This document shows positions 37,303 through 47,177 of a stretch of DNA of 51,870 bases, in pieces (the first letter of the stretch is position 1; every line of letters starts with the position of its first letter). The DNA lies in assembly GCA_964480555.1 (NCBI GenBank), contig CAYZQL010000001.1, positions 1 to 51,870 of the forward strand, given 5' to 3'. The notes beneath the pieces were generated by a model. The model ran no database searches. It saw nothing but the letters and a program-made list of their open reading frames with translations, and had not been told where the DNA came from. The position numbers were made by a program, and so were the translations under genes. Origin of the DNA: an uncultured Lentisphaeraceae bacterium. Its GTDB lineage: Bacteria; Verrucomicrobiota; Kiritimatiellia; RFP12; UBA1067.

Positions 37303-38709
37303 CTACAGCTTCTTGACTTTCTGTCCCTCTTTGGAGTCGCGCACTTCCCAGCCTTTCAAGGCGAGTTCATTACGAAGGCGGTCAGAACCGGACCAGTCTT
37401 TGTTTGCACGCGCCAAAGCCCGTGCCTGAACAAGGTCATCGATTTCGGCGGGCAGTCCCTCAATGTTCGCGGCGCGTCCAAAACGGATCAGGCCGAATAC
37501 GGTTTCGAATACGTCGAACACCTTCAGAATCGCTGCGGCCTCCTCCGGCTTGAGCGCGTTCTGGTGCATTGCGCTGTTGCTTTCGCGCACAAGGGAGAAA
37601 AGCGCAGCGAAGGCCTCGGGCAAGTTGAGGTCATCGTTGACCGCCGCCACAAAGACGCTACGGATCATGTTCACCCAAGGAGGCAAGGCTCCCTCCGCTG
37701 CGGAACCAGCCCGCGCGGTCAGAGCGTCGACGCACTCGTCGATACGGGCCAAAGAAGTGCGCGCCGCGTCCAATGCGTCAAAGGTGAAATTGAGCGGCTG
37801 GCGATAGTGGCCGTTGATCAGCACATAGCGGATTTCACGTCCGGACCATCCTTTCTGCACTAGATCGCGCAATGTGAAAAAGTTTCCAAGCGATTTGGAC
37901 ATCTTCTCGCCATTCACGCGCAAGTGTGCACAGTGCATCCAGAAATTGACGAAGGGTTTACCGGTGGCCCCCTCAGCCTGCGCGATCTCGTTTTCGTGAT
38001 GCGGGAACAGATTGTCGATTCCGCCAGTGTGTAAATCAAATGACTCGCCGAGGTACTTCATGGCCATAGCAGAACATTCGAGATGCCAACCAGGGCGCCC
38101 CCTACCCCACGGCGAATCCCAGACGACGTTGCCGTCGTTTTCATCCCATCCCTTCCAAAGGGCAAAATCGCCATAGCTTTCTTTTTCATACTCGTCTTGC
38201 GACACACGTGTTCCTGCGCGTAGGTTAGCAAGATCCAAATGAGCCAGCTTTCCATATCCGGGCAATTTCGAAACGCTGAAATAGACAGATCCGTCCTCCG
38301 ACGTGTAGGCAAGTCCGCGTGCAAAAAGTTTTCCGATCAACGCCAACATTTCCGGGATGTGATCTGTTGCCGCCGGATAGACCTCGGCGGGCTGAATATT
38401 CAGGGTCTTTAGATCGTCGAAGAAGGCGCTGGAAAAAGGTGCGGTAAAAGCCTTGAGCGGCACACCCGCAGCCTTTGAACCACGAATCGTCTTATCATCA
38501 ACATCGGTCAGATTCATTACCTGTGTCACACGAAATCCGTTAAACAACATCACACGTCTGAGGATATCCTCAAAGGTGTATGCTCGAAAGTTTCCGATGT
38601 GAGCGAAATTATAGACGGTCGGGCCACATGTGTACATCTTCACGTGTCCGGGTTCAATCGGGGTCAGTTTTTCTTTAATACGCGTCAGACTGTTGAAAAT
38701 CTGCATCAT
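37303..38709 (-). CDS. cysS: Cysteinyl-tRNA synthetase
   Basis: 468 aa. MYTCGPTVYNFAHIGNFR (HIGH region), WHLECSAM, HTGGIDNLFPHHENE, and KMSKSLGN. Confidence 0.9.
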   Translation of the reverse strand: MMQIFNSLTRIKEKLTPIEPGHVKMYTCGPTVYNFAHIGNFRAYTFEDILRRVMLFNGFRVTQVMNLTDVDDKTIRGSKAAGVPLKAFTAPFSSAFFDDLKTLNIQPAEVYPAATDHIPEMLALIGKLFARGLAYTSEDGSVYFSVSKLPGYGKLAHLDLANLRAGTRVSQDEYEKESYGDFALWKGWDENDGNVVWDSPWGRGRPGWHLECSAMAMKYLGESFDLHTGGIDNLFPHHENEIAQAEGATGKPFVNFWMHCAHLRVNGEKMSKSLGNFFTLRDLVQKGWSGREIRYVLINGHYRQPLNFTFDALDAARTSLARIDECVDALTARAGSAAEGALPPWVNMIRSVFVAAVNDDLNLPEAFAALFSLVRESNSAMHQNALKPEEAAAILKVFDVFETVFGLIRFGRAANIEGLPAEIDDLVQARALARANKDWSGSDRLRNELALKGWEVRDSKEGQKVKKL

Positions 38710-38727
38710 CTTTTCTCCGCAAGAGCT

Positions 38728-39213
38728 TTAGTCACTCGGTTGCTGCGTCACAGTCGCCACCGCCATAGCGCTCATACCTTCGCGACGTCCGATGGCATCC
38801 ATTCCCTCATTGGTCTTGGCTTTGATGGAAACGCAGGAAACATCCACACACAGTACCTCCGCCAGCCGTGTGCGCATTGCCGGAATATAAGGCGAAAGCT
38901 TGGGAGCCTCGGTGACTACGGTTGCGTCGGTGTTCAGAATACGCCACCTGGCTCGTGCCAAGCGTTCGACGACCCGCCCCAGCAACACCGTGCTGTCCGC
39001 ATTCTTCCATTGCGGGTCTTTGTCAGAGAAATGTTGACCGATGTCTCCATCGGCCACGGCACCTAAGAGGGCATCACAGAGCGCATGAATTAACACGTCG
39101 GCATCCGAGTGCCCCTGGAGACCACGCTCATGCGGAATCTCGATGCCACCCAGTACCAAAGGTCTTCCCTCAACCAACCGGTGGGAATCGTAACCTATTC
39201 CAGTGCGTATCAT
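38728..39213 (-). CDS. ispF: 2-C-methyl-D-erythritol 2,4-cyclodiphosphate synthase
   Basis: The ORF track extends to 39558, overlapping zwf. The homologous part starts at ATG 39213: MIRTGIGYDSHRLVEGRPLVLGGIEIPHERGLQGHSDADVLIHA. Confidence 0.9.
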   Translation of the reverse strand: MIRTGIGYDSHRLVEGRPLVLGGIEIPHERGLQGHSDADVLIHALCDALLGAVADGDIGQHFSDKDPQWKNADSTVLLGRVVERLARARWRILNTDATVVTEAPKLSPYIPAMRTRLAEVLCVDVSCVSIKAKTNEGMDAIGRREGMSAMAVATVTQQPSD

Positions 39214-39298
39214 GGGCGGTACTATACCCGATTTTCCGGGGCTGGACAATCCAACACCCACGGGAGTTTTGGTTGCGCACGGGCTCTGCCCACCGGGC

Positions 39299-40801
39299 TC
39301 ATGTGAACGGACACCACGCGCGGCCGTCACGGGCGAGGAGGTCATCTGCCGCAGTCGGTCCGTTGGAACCAGCCGGATAGGTGTGTAACAAACATGCGTC
39401 TGGTTGATCGCGCCACGCGTCGAGTAGTGGTGTGAAAAGCTGCCAAGCCGCCGCGATGGTCTCATTGCGCACAAACAAGGTATGGTCATGCAACATGGCG
39501 TCCAGCAGCAATCGGGCGTAAGCGTCAGGCGCATCCAGCTCGTCGCCGAGGTCCGCATAGTTGAAGGCGAGCGGCAACTCCCCCATGCACAGCTTCGGGC
39601 CCGGGCGTTTGGCTTGCAAATGAAGACGCATGCCCTCGTCGGGCTGGACTTTCAGCACGAGGGAATCGGGAGCGGCCTCACCGAATAGCGTGTATGGAGA
39701 TGGCTTAAAGACCAGCGTGATTGTACTGGTGCGATCTGAAAGACGTTTGCCCGAGCGCAAATAAAAGGGAACGCCTTTCCATCGCGGCGTGTCGATCCAG
39801 AGCCTCATGGCGGCAAAGGTCTCAATCGTCGACAACGGGTTAACCCCCTGCTCCTGACGGTAACCGAGTTGATCATTGCCCGCGACGTATTGGCCGCGAA
39901 CGACGCACGTGTGGAGCGCATCGACGGGAAAGGCACGGATGGCTCGAATCAAGGCGAGCTTTTCCGCATGAATGGCCTCTGCGGTAAAAGTTGCCGGCGG
40001 CTCCATGCTGATGAGCGCTAACATCTCAAGCAGATGATTTTGAAACATGTCACGCAAGAGGCCTGCGTGCTCATAGTACCCCGCACGGTGCTCCACGCCG
40101 AGTGTTTCGGCGACCGTGATCTGCACGTGATCAATGTACTGCGCCTTCCAGACCGGTTCAAACAGGATGTTCGCAAAGCGAAGAATGAGAATATTCTGAA
40201 CCGTATCCTTGCCTAAATAATGATCGATACGGAATATTTGATCTTCGCGGACGTACTTCTGGAGGAAAGCATCAAGTGCTGTGGCGGACGCGGTGTCTGA
40301 ACCGAACGGTTTCTCAAGCAGCAGGTGTCGCCACGCGCCGTCGGCATCGCGCTCCTTGAGAAGTCCTGCACCCGCAAGACGGGCAATGATGGGCTGATAG
40401 GACGAAGGCGGGACGGCGAGGTAGTAGAGGCGATTGAAAGGTGCCGGCGTTTCAAGTTTGTCGAAAGCATCAAGGTGCGCAGCCAGCCGGATGAACGACG
40501 AGGGATCGGTCTCTGCCGCTTGCACATAGCTGATGCGCTCAAGAAAAGCATGACGGTCTTCCGGACTTTCAGACGGTAACGCGGTGGCGGCCAGCGCACG
40601 GAACGAGGTGTCATCGTAAGCGGAACGGCCGCACCCCACAATTCGCGAGGTGGCATGCAAGAGCTCGCGCGCGTGGAGTTGAAAAAGGGAGGGTATAAGC
40701 TTGCGGCGCGCGAGGTCGCCTGTGCCGCCAAAGAGAACCAACACGCAAGGTGCAGGCGCGACTTCCAGACAGAAACGAGGGGTCTTATGAGTTGTCTTCA
40801 T
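39299..40801 (-). CDS. zwf: Glucose-6-phosphate 1-dehydrogenase
   Basis: 500 aa. LFGGTGDLARRKL, the active-site signature RIDHYLGKD, and EKPFG. Confidence 0.9.
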   Translation of the reverse strand: MKTTHKTPRFCLEVAPAPCVLVLFGGTGDLARRKLIPSLFQLHARELLHATSRIVGCGRSAYDDTSFRALAATALPSESPEDRHAFLERISYVQAAETDPSSFIRLAAHLDAFDKLETPAPFNRLYYLAVPPSSYQPIIARLAGAGLLKERDADGAWRHLLLEKPFGSDTASATALDAFLQKYVREDQIFRIDHYLGKDTVQNILILRFANILFEPVWKAQYIDHVQITVAETLGVEHRAGYYEHAGLLRDMFQNHLLEMLALISMEPPATFTAEAIHAEKLALIRAIRAFPVDALHTCVVRGQYVAGNDQLGYRQEQGVNPLSTIETFAAMRLWIDTPRWKGVPFYLRSGKRLSDRTSTITLVFKPSPYTLFGEAAPDSLVLKVQPDEGMRLHLQAKRPGPKLCMGELPLAFNYADLGDELDAPDAYARLLLDAMLHDHTLFVRNETIAAAWQLFTPLLDAWRDQPDACLLHTYPAGSNGPTAADDLLARDGRAWCPFT

Positions 40802-42705
40802 GGCACAGTTTTGTCGCTCGGTGGGTGACCGACCCCTTTGCGCATCGCTTCCTTCAGTTCATCAAGATGTCCACTGAAGATATCTCGGGGCTGTATCTTG
40901 TATTTGGCACAAAGCGCAGCGGCCATGCCGACGACCTCTCCCATCATCCCGGTGGTGCGCATGACACGAACGGACCCCAGTGCCACATGCGTCACACTGA
41001 TGTCACGGCCAGCCATCATCAGGTTGTTCACATTCCGGCTGTAGAGACACCGGAAGGGAATGGCATAGGGCTTGATGTCTCTGATTTCAGCGATGGAACG
41101 GAACGCCTGCCCCGGAAAATGCTTGAGGTTTTCGGGATGCGGGTAGTGGAGGTCCATCCCCCATGTGGTTGTTACGCAGGCATCTGGGAAAGGTCGTCTC
41201 GCTTCGATGTCCTGCTGACACAATATCACGTCTCCGAGCAATCTTCGGCTCTCGCGTTTCCCGCCGATATAGGAGACCCACGCCAACCTCCGACAGGCGA
41301 ATTCCTTCTTATGGTGTGCGCTGTTCTTCAAAAACGCCCAATGACCGAAAGTGGCGCGCAACGCATGATCTCGAATCTGCTCCGAATCGGTTATTTGGTT
41401 CTTGTCCATTCCCGTCTCCCAGTCCCAATCACCGCGCAGCAGGGGTTTTGCAGTCTCGTCCGTGAATGCGAGCGCCCAGGGACAATCTGGAAACGACGAC
41501 GGTTTTTCAGCGGTCTCGGCATACCATTGGACCGACACCCCCATCACTTGTTGGTCCGGCTCATCTGGAGCGAGTTCTTCTCCCGTCTCACGGCGCGACT
41601 CGCGTCCCATCCTGAAATCAGCTCCCGACAGAAAGCCCAACACACCATCGCCCGTACAATCGGCAAATAACGCCCCGCGGAAAAGCTGCTCGTCTCCCGT
41701 CAGGATGTTTCGTCCGATTACAGCGATCAGGGTCTTCATCTCTTTGCTTACGGCGATTGCCTGCGTGTTTAGAAACAGCGTCAGAGAGCTTTCCGCCTCG
41801 ACCACATGACGTTTCTTTTCGTCTCCGTAGTTTGTGGCAGGGCCGGCATTGTGCTGTAACTTTTCGGGATTTCTTTGAATGATGTTCAGCACTTCCCGGC
41901 TACGGGCATCCTCCGGATTCTGTTTGGCGTCTCTCAGATTCCAGTAACCGACAGGGCCTATCTCATCGACCAAATCGCCTAACCGAGGATACGGCTGTTG
42001 ATGGATTTTCCCCGACAAACCGACGCGGACCTCTGAACTGTTGTTGCCTCCCAGCACGGGGCGGTCTTGGATCAGCGCAACTTTGCATCCCAAACGCGCG
42101 GCACTCACCGCCGCACAGCAGCCAGCTATTCCCCCCCCTATAACAACCAAATCAAAATAACCCATGTCGGCAGGACCGGAAGAAGGGCCGCGAATCTGAC
42201 GTCGGAATAGCGACAGCGCTTCGCCGCCATCCGGCGGTGTCAAAGAGGTGTCCGAGGACAGCAATACAGCATCGCACCTGCCGTTGAAACCAGTCAAGTC
42301 CTGCAGTGCCAATGACACTATGCCACCAGGAATCTTGACCGCGCCACCAGACTGCCAATGCCAAGAGTCTCCTTCTACCCCGAAAACCATATCGAGCGGC
42401 TGGCCGTTTACGCTCAGCTTGAACTTTCCCGGTGCCTCATGTGAAGACCAGCGAGCCACCCAGTTGTGCGTACGTACCCAAACCCGGTATGTCCCAGATA
42501 CGGGCACAGGAATTTCTGTGACAGCATCAGCAACGGGAATTCCTAGACCATGCGCCATCAGATAGGAGGAGCCCATCACTCCCGCCGATTGCTGGTCAAC
42601 GACCCACCCGCCACGTTGCGAGAATGCCTCGGCCTCAACGAGCACAGTATGTCCACAGGCGACACCCGCCAGACAGACCAAACCAACCGCAGCAAGTTTT
42701 CTCAT
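40798..42705 (-). CDS. Secreted FAD-dependent oxidoreductase with an N-terminal CBM-like beta-sandwich domain
   Basis: The ORF opens at 42765, but ATG 42705 follows a GAGGG RBS and gives the signal MRKLAAVGLVCLAGVAC. A ~150-aa domain (VEAEAFSQRGGWVVD...) is followed by the dinucleotide fold DLVVIGGGIAGCCAAVSAARLG...GGNNSSE. Its stop overlaps the zwf start. Confidence 0.75.
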   Translation of the reverse strand: MRKLAAVGLVCLAGVACGHTVLVEAEAFSQRGGWVVDQQSAGVMGSSYLMAHGLGIPVADAVTEIPVPVSGTYRVWVRTHNWVARWSSHEAPGKFKLSVNGQPLDMVFGVEGDSWHWQSGGAVKIPGGIVSLALQDLTGFNGRCDAVLLSSDTSLTPPDGGEALSLFRRQIRGPSSGPADMGYFDLVVIGGGIAGCCAAVSAARLGCKVALIQDRPVLGGNNSSEVRVGLSGKIHQQPYPRLGDLVDEIGPVGYWNLRDAKQNPEDARSREVLNIIQRNPEKLQHNAGPATNYGDEKKRHVVEAESSLTLFLNTQAIAVSKEMKTLIAVIGRNILTGDEQLFRGALFADCTGDGVLGFLSGADFRMGRESRRETGEELAPDEPDQQVMGVSVQWYAETAEKPSSFPDCPWALAFTDETAKPLLRGDWDWETGMDKNQITDSEQIRDHALRATFGHWAFLKNSAHHKKEFACRRLAWVSYIGGKRESRRLLGDVILCQQDIEARRPFPDACVTTTWGMDLHYPHPENLKHFPGQAFRSIAEIRDIKPYAIPFRCLYSRNVNNLMMAGRDISVTHVALGSVRVMRTTGMMGEVVGMAAALCAKYKIQPRDIFSGHLDELKEAMRKGVGHPPSDKTVP

Positions 42706-42810
42706 CGTGGGACCCTCGCAGATGCAACCCTTAATGGGTACGCGTATCAACCCGTAGGTCTCCATTCAGAACGCAACCACGGGCAAAGCTCCCGCCTAAC
42801 CAATCCCTTA

Positions 42811-45474
42811 CTATGGATTACTCGTGCTGCGCTTCTTACCCGATCTCGTGACCGGCTTCTTGACCTGCGGGACACCTTCGGGCACCTTTGTTTCCTCTTT
42901 CGACAACATTTCAGCCTGCTGTGTACGTAAAGACAACTCGCCCCGCATCCGGAAGACTAACCCCTGATTGTCTTCCCCTACACTCGCCTCAATCACGCCT
43001 TCGGTCAGCATGCCGCGCAAAAGTTCTTCGGCCAATGTGTCTTCCAGAAAACGCTCCACCGCGCGTCGCAACGGACGCGCACCTAATGCGGAGTCGAATC
43101 CTTTATTGACCAGAAACTCCGTTGCCTGATCGTTCAATTCCAGCCGGATCGACTTCGCTTCCAGCCGTTGCCGCACCTTAGCCAGCTCGATACCTAGAAT
43201 CTGAACCACATCCGCCTTATCCAGCTTTTTAAAAACGATCAGATCGTCGAAACGGTTGAGCAATTCCGGCTTAAACACCAGCTTCGCGGCATTGATCATC
43301 TGGTCGCGCAACCGCCCATAATCATTCGCGCCACTCTCGCGGACAAAACCGAGCCCCTGCCCCTGCTTTGCGTAGTCGAAACCGAGATTGGAAGTCAGGA
43401 TCACCACGGTGTTCCGGAAATCCACTTGCCGGCCAAGACTGTCTGTGAGCCGACCTTCTTCCAGTATCTGCAATAGCATGTGCATCACGTCGGGATGAGC
43501 TTTTTCGACCTCGTCGAAAAGAACAACGCTATAGGGACGCCGCCTGACGCGCTCGGTGAGTTGCCCTCCCTCTTCGTGTCCGATATACCCCGGCGGCGAT
43601 CCGATCAGGCGTGAAACCGTAAATTTCTCCATGTATTCCGACATGTCAATCTGGATCAAGGCCTTGCTGTCCCCGAACATCTTTTCAGCCAGCGCCTTGG
43701 CCAACAGGGTTTTACCTACTCCTGTGGGCCCAAGGAAAATAAACGACCCGATCGGCCGCTTGGGATCTTTGAGATCCGCTTTCGAACGACGCAAAGCACG
43801 CGCCACCGCCTGGATCGCCGGCAACTGTCCGACCACCGCCTCTTGCAAATCTTTTTCGATGTTGAGCATGCTCGCCAGTTCGGTCTGACTCATACGTTTG
43901 ATCGGCACGCCCGTGATATGCGCCACCGTCTCGGTCACATCATCCGTCGTCACCGGCAAGGCCTTCTCCGCATGGTCGGCTTTCCATGTGGAGACGATGG
44001 ATTCAAGGTCCTGTTTAGCCTTGCGCTCCTCATCACGCAACGACGCCGCCTCCTCAAAATGCTGATCGCGGATCGCCACATCTTTCTTCTGCCCGAGTTC
44101 GCGGATACGTTGCTCGTACTCGCGCACGTCGGGTGGCCGTACCGCCACCCGCATTCGCACACGCGCACCCGACTCGTCGATCGCGTCGATCGCCTTATCT
44201 GGCAACTGCCGTCCAGGCTGGTAGCGCGCCGTCAGTTTTGCAGCCGCCTCAAGCGCTGAGGCCTCGTAGAGCACATTGTGGTGTGCCTCATACCGAGGCG
44301 CGAGGCCTTTTAGGATCGCAATCGTTTCTTCAATCGTCGGCTCGTCCACCCGCACGGTCTGAAACCGCCGCTCCAACGCCGCATCCTTCTCGATGTGCTG
44401 GCGATACTCATTCAGCGTAGTCGCGCCGATGCACTGCAACTCCCCGCGCGCCAAGGCAGGCTTGATGATGTTCGCAGCGTCCATAGCACCCTCAGCCCCA
44501 CCCGCGCCGACAATGGTGTGCAGCTCATCCAAGAACAACACGATGTTCTTTTCACGCCGGATTTCGTCGACCACCGCCTTGATGCGTTCCTCAAATTGGC
44601 CGCGGTATTTCGTGCCCGCCACAAGAAGTGCCATGTCCAGTGCGATCACACGTTTATCGCGCATGCGCTCGGGCACATCGCCCATGATAATCGACTGCGC
44701 CAAACCTTCCACCACCGCTGTCTTTCCAACACCGGCCTCCCCCAGCAGCGCCGCATTGTTTTTTGAGCGTCGGCACAGGATCTGGATCACGCGCTCCAAC
44801 TCACTCTTACGCCCCACCACCGGATCCAACTCGCCCTTTTTGGCAAGCTCTGTCAAATCACGCCCGAAAGCATTGAGCGCAGGTGTTTTGGGACGGTCTT
44901 TTCCCCCGGCACCTTTCTTTTCGGCATCACCCAACTGCCGTGCCGGCACCGCATCCTGCTGCCCGCCAAAGGGAATTCCGTCAGGCCCAGTTTCATCGGG
45001 AGATTCCTCACTGTACCCGGAGTCCTCTTCCATCCCTTCAAGACAGCGCCGGATACCATCCACCAACTCGTCCAGCCGCACATTCAGCGACTGTAAAACC
45101 TGTGCGGCCACACCTTCCCCTTCGCGCAGCAGCGCCAGCAAAAGGTGCTCGGTTCCCGCCAGTTGTTGCTGCATGGCGTGCGCCTCGGCGACCGCCAATT
45201 GCAGCACTTTCTTGGTGCGTGGCGTGTAGGGCAACTCGCCTTTGGTCTTGGTTTCTCCTCCAAAACCGACCATGCGCTCAACAGCAATGCGAACATCGTC
45301 TAACGCCACGCCAAGCTCTTCCAACACTTCAACCGCCACACCTTCACCCAACGCCACTAATCCCAACAACAGATGCTCCGTGCCAATGTAAGGATGGTTG
45401 AAACGGTCAGCCTCACGGGCCGCCAGTTGAATCGCGCGCTGAGCGCGTGCCGTAAAATTCCCAAATCCGTTCAT
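42811..45474 (-). CDS. clpC: ATP-dependent Clp protease ATP-binding subunit ClpC
   Basis: 887 aa. Clp_N repeats (TEHLLLGL twice), two AAA+ modules (GEAGVGKT and GPTGVGKT), and a UVR-type middle motif (DQHFEEAASLRDEE). The N-D1 linker and the C-terminal tail are extended. Confidence 0.9.
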   Translation of the reverse strand: MNGFGNFTARAQRAIQLAAREADRFNHPYIGTEHLLLGLVALGEGVAVEVLEELGVALDDVRIAVERMVGFGGETKTKGELPYTPRTKKVLQLAVAEAHAMQQQLAGTEHLLLALLREGEGVAAQVLQSLNVRLDELVDGIRRCLEGMEEDSGYSEESPDETGPDGIPFGGQQDAVPARQLGDAEKKGAGGKDRPKTPALNAFGRDLTELAKKGELDPVVGRKSELERVIQILCRRSKNNAALLGEAGVGKTAVVEGLAQSIIMGDVPERMRDKRVIALDMALLVAGTKYRGQFEERIKAVVDEIRREKNIVLFLDELHTIVGAGGAEGAMDAANIIKPALARGELQCIGATTLNEYRQHIEKDAALERRFQTVRVDEPTIEETIAILKGLAPRYEAHHNVLYEASALEAAAKLTARYQPGRQLPDKAIDAIDESGARVRMRVAVRPPDVREYEQRIRELGQKKDVAIRDQHFEEAASLRDEERKAKQDLESIVSTWKADHAEKALPVTTDDVTETVAHITGVPIKRMSQTELASMLNIEKDLQEAVVGQLPAIQAVARALRRSKADLKDPKRPIGSFIFLGPTGVGKTLLAKALAEKMFGDSKALIQIDMSEYMEKFTVSRLIGSPPGYIGHEEGGQLTERVRRRPYSVVLFDEVEKAHPDVMHMLLQILEEGRLTDSLGRQVDFRNTVVILTSNLGFDYAKQGQGLGFVRESGANDYGRLRDQMINAAKLVFKPELLNRFDDLIVFKKLDKADVVQILGIELAKVRQRLEAKSIRLELNDQATEFLVNKGFDSALGARPLRRAVERFLEDTLAEELLRGMLTEGVIEASVGEDNQGLVFRMRGELSLRTQQAEMLSKEETKVPEGVPQVKKPVTRSGKKRSTSNP

Positions 45475-45481
45475 TATGACC

Positions 45482-46537
45482 TCAACATTTCAGCTTCACA
45501 TTTGCCAACTTGCGGCTCAAGAGCCCAGCTCGCATCTCGTCGCGCTCATCCGACATCAATGCAGCATCCATCCCAATTTGCATGTGTCCGGGCTGCATCA
45601 GCAAGATCAGTTTGTCCACTTCCTGTACCTTCAGACGCGTGAAAAGCCCTAGCGACGCGCCTAAACGCATCGCCGACAAAAACTCCAAGGCTTCCACCGT
45701 CGACAACAACCGCGCGTTCTGCAACACGCACAACGATCGGGCCAAACAATCAACCAGCACCAGGGGCGACTCTTGGATCAATCGCACGCGGGCATTGTAT
45801 TCTTGGCGGACCACTTCTTCGCTGATACGCATCACGCGGAGAACAATCGCTTCTTCATCGACACCGAGCGTATCCATGTTAGAAATCTGGTAAATCTGTC
45901 CTGCCGCTTCAGATCCCTCGCCGCCAATCCCTCGCACCAGCAGCCGCATCCGCTCCAATCCACGCACTACGGCCTCGATCTCGCCCAACAACCGCAACCC
46001 GAGCAAGTGCAGCATCGTGCCTGCCCGCAAACCGGTTCCCACGTTGCTGGGGCACGCAGTCAGGTATCCCAAGCGCGGTGACCAAGCATAATTGAGGTGC
46101 CTTTCCAAAAGCGTGTCGAGCGCATCGGCTCGTCTCCAAGCCGACCGCATATCGAGTCCGTCTGAAAATCCCTGAATGCGCAGGTGATCCTCTTCATTGA
46201 CCATGACACACACCGGACTTTTCTCGGCATAGGCAATGCCACCGCCAGCCGCACGCTCCAGCAAATCCTTGCTGATTAAGTGCGATTCGCGCAGCATATT
46301 GAGATGCTGTTCGGCAAACGAAGTAACCGGCTTCAAGGTTAGCCCGGTTTTTTCAGCCGCCAGCGCAGAGCGAACTTTTGCAAAAACACGGTCGCGGTCA
46401 CGCTCGGTTGCCCAATCCGGGAAACGCTCGTCCTCGAGGTTGCGTGCCAACCGCACACGACAGCTCATCGCAATGTCGCCAGTTGGCACACTCCGAGTCC
46501 TTTTCGAAGGCGCGTCCACATCAGGTGTCATCCTCAT
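45482..46537 (-). CDS. mcsB: Protein arginine kinase McsB
   Basis: 351 aa. Guanidino-kinase signature NEEDHLRIQ and CPSNVGTGLRAG. It lies between mcsA and clpC. Confidence 0.85.
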   Translation of the reverse strand: MRMTPDVDAPSKRTRSVPTGDIAMSCRVRLARNLEDERFPDWATERDRDRVFAKVRSALAAEKTGLTLKPVTSFAEQHLNMLRESHLISKDLLERAAGGGIAYAEKSPVCVMVNEEDHLRIQGFSDGLDMRSAWRRADALDTLLERHLNYAWSPRLGYLTACPSNVGTGLRAGTMLHLLGLRLLGEIEAVVRGLERMRLLVRGIGGEGSEAAGQIYQISNMDTLGVDEEAIVLRVMRISEEVVRQEYNARVRLIQESPLVLVDCLARSLCVLQNARLLSTVEALEFLSAMRLGASLGLFTRLKVQEVDKLILLMQPGHMQIGMDAALMSDERDEMRAGLLSRKLANVKLKC

Positions 46538-47082
46538 TGTGGCGAACCTCCTTTTGCTGTCTCGCTCCCATTCAGTATACTGAGTTGGTCACGCAGCGCG
46601 ATCGCCTCTTCATACCGCTGTCCCTTTACAGCATCTTCCAGCGCACTCGCAAGCTGTTGCCGGTGCCATGCGGCTCTGGCTTTTTCAGGCGTTTTCCCCG
46701 TATGTTGCGTCGCACGGTGCAAATCAACTATTGCGGTGTCCAGTTCCTTGGAAAAGGCCTCGTAGCAAGCCGGACACCCCAGACGAGACCGTTTGCGGTA
46801 CTCGTCGCGGAGTATCCCGCATACCGGACATGCAGGCTCCTTAAGGTTCAGAGACCGCCCCACGATTTCGAACGCGGCATCCAGAACCATGCCCATCAGG
46901 GGCACACCGGCACCCCCATTTGTCTCACCAAGTGACGGAATCGGGGGCGACACATGAGGCGTTTCACGGTGCGCCTCTTTATCGGCACAGTCCTGACAGA
47001 CAAAGAATTCCTGCATTTCGTCCGCAACAGATTTACGGATAACCGTCGCGGCATCAGCTTCATGACACATTTCACATTTCAT
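46534..47082 (-). CDS. mcsA: McsA-like activator (zinc-finger pairs plus a UVR motif)
   Basis: 182 aa. Cys pairs: MKCEMCHE...CQDCADKE and CPVCG...GCPACYEAF. C-terminal UVR-like segment LEDAVKGQRYEEAIALRDQL. ATGA overlap with mcsB. Confidence 0.8.
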   Translation of the reverse strand: MKCEMCHEADAATVIRKSVADEMQEFFVCQDCADKEAHRETPHVSPPIPSLGETNGGAGVPLMGMVLDAAFEIVGRSLNLKEPACPVCGILRDEYRKRSRLGCPACYEAFSKELDTAIVDLHRATQHTGKTPEKARAAWHRQQLASALEDAVKGQRYEEAIALRDQLSILNGSETAKGGSPQ

Positions 47083-47177
47083 TGTTTAGTCCAACATCCG
47101 AGAAATAGTTTATCAGAAACCGGGTGTGCCCGCAAACCCGTACACACCTGCCTGTCGCGCTATTCGCCAAACAACCA

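Noticed and set aside
39214-39558. 115-codon N-terminal extension of the ispF ORF that overlaps the 3' end of zwf.
   Set aside because: The IspF-homologous sequence begins exactly at Met 116 (ATG 39213, MIRTGIGYDSH). The extension overlaps zwf coding sequence in another frame and has no features of its own.
47083-47177. Search for a CtsR operator (GGTCAAA direct repeat) or CIRCE element upstream of mcsA, and for a strong terminator after the PqqD-like gene.
   Set aside because: Neither motif is present. Only a weak promoter-like TTGCGG-N17-TAAACT and short 4-6 bp stems are present, which is too weak to call.
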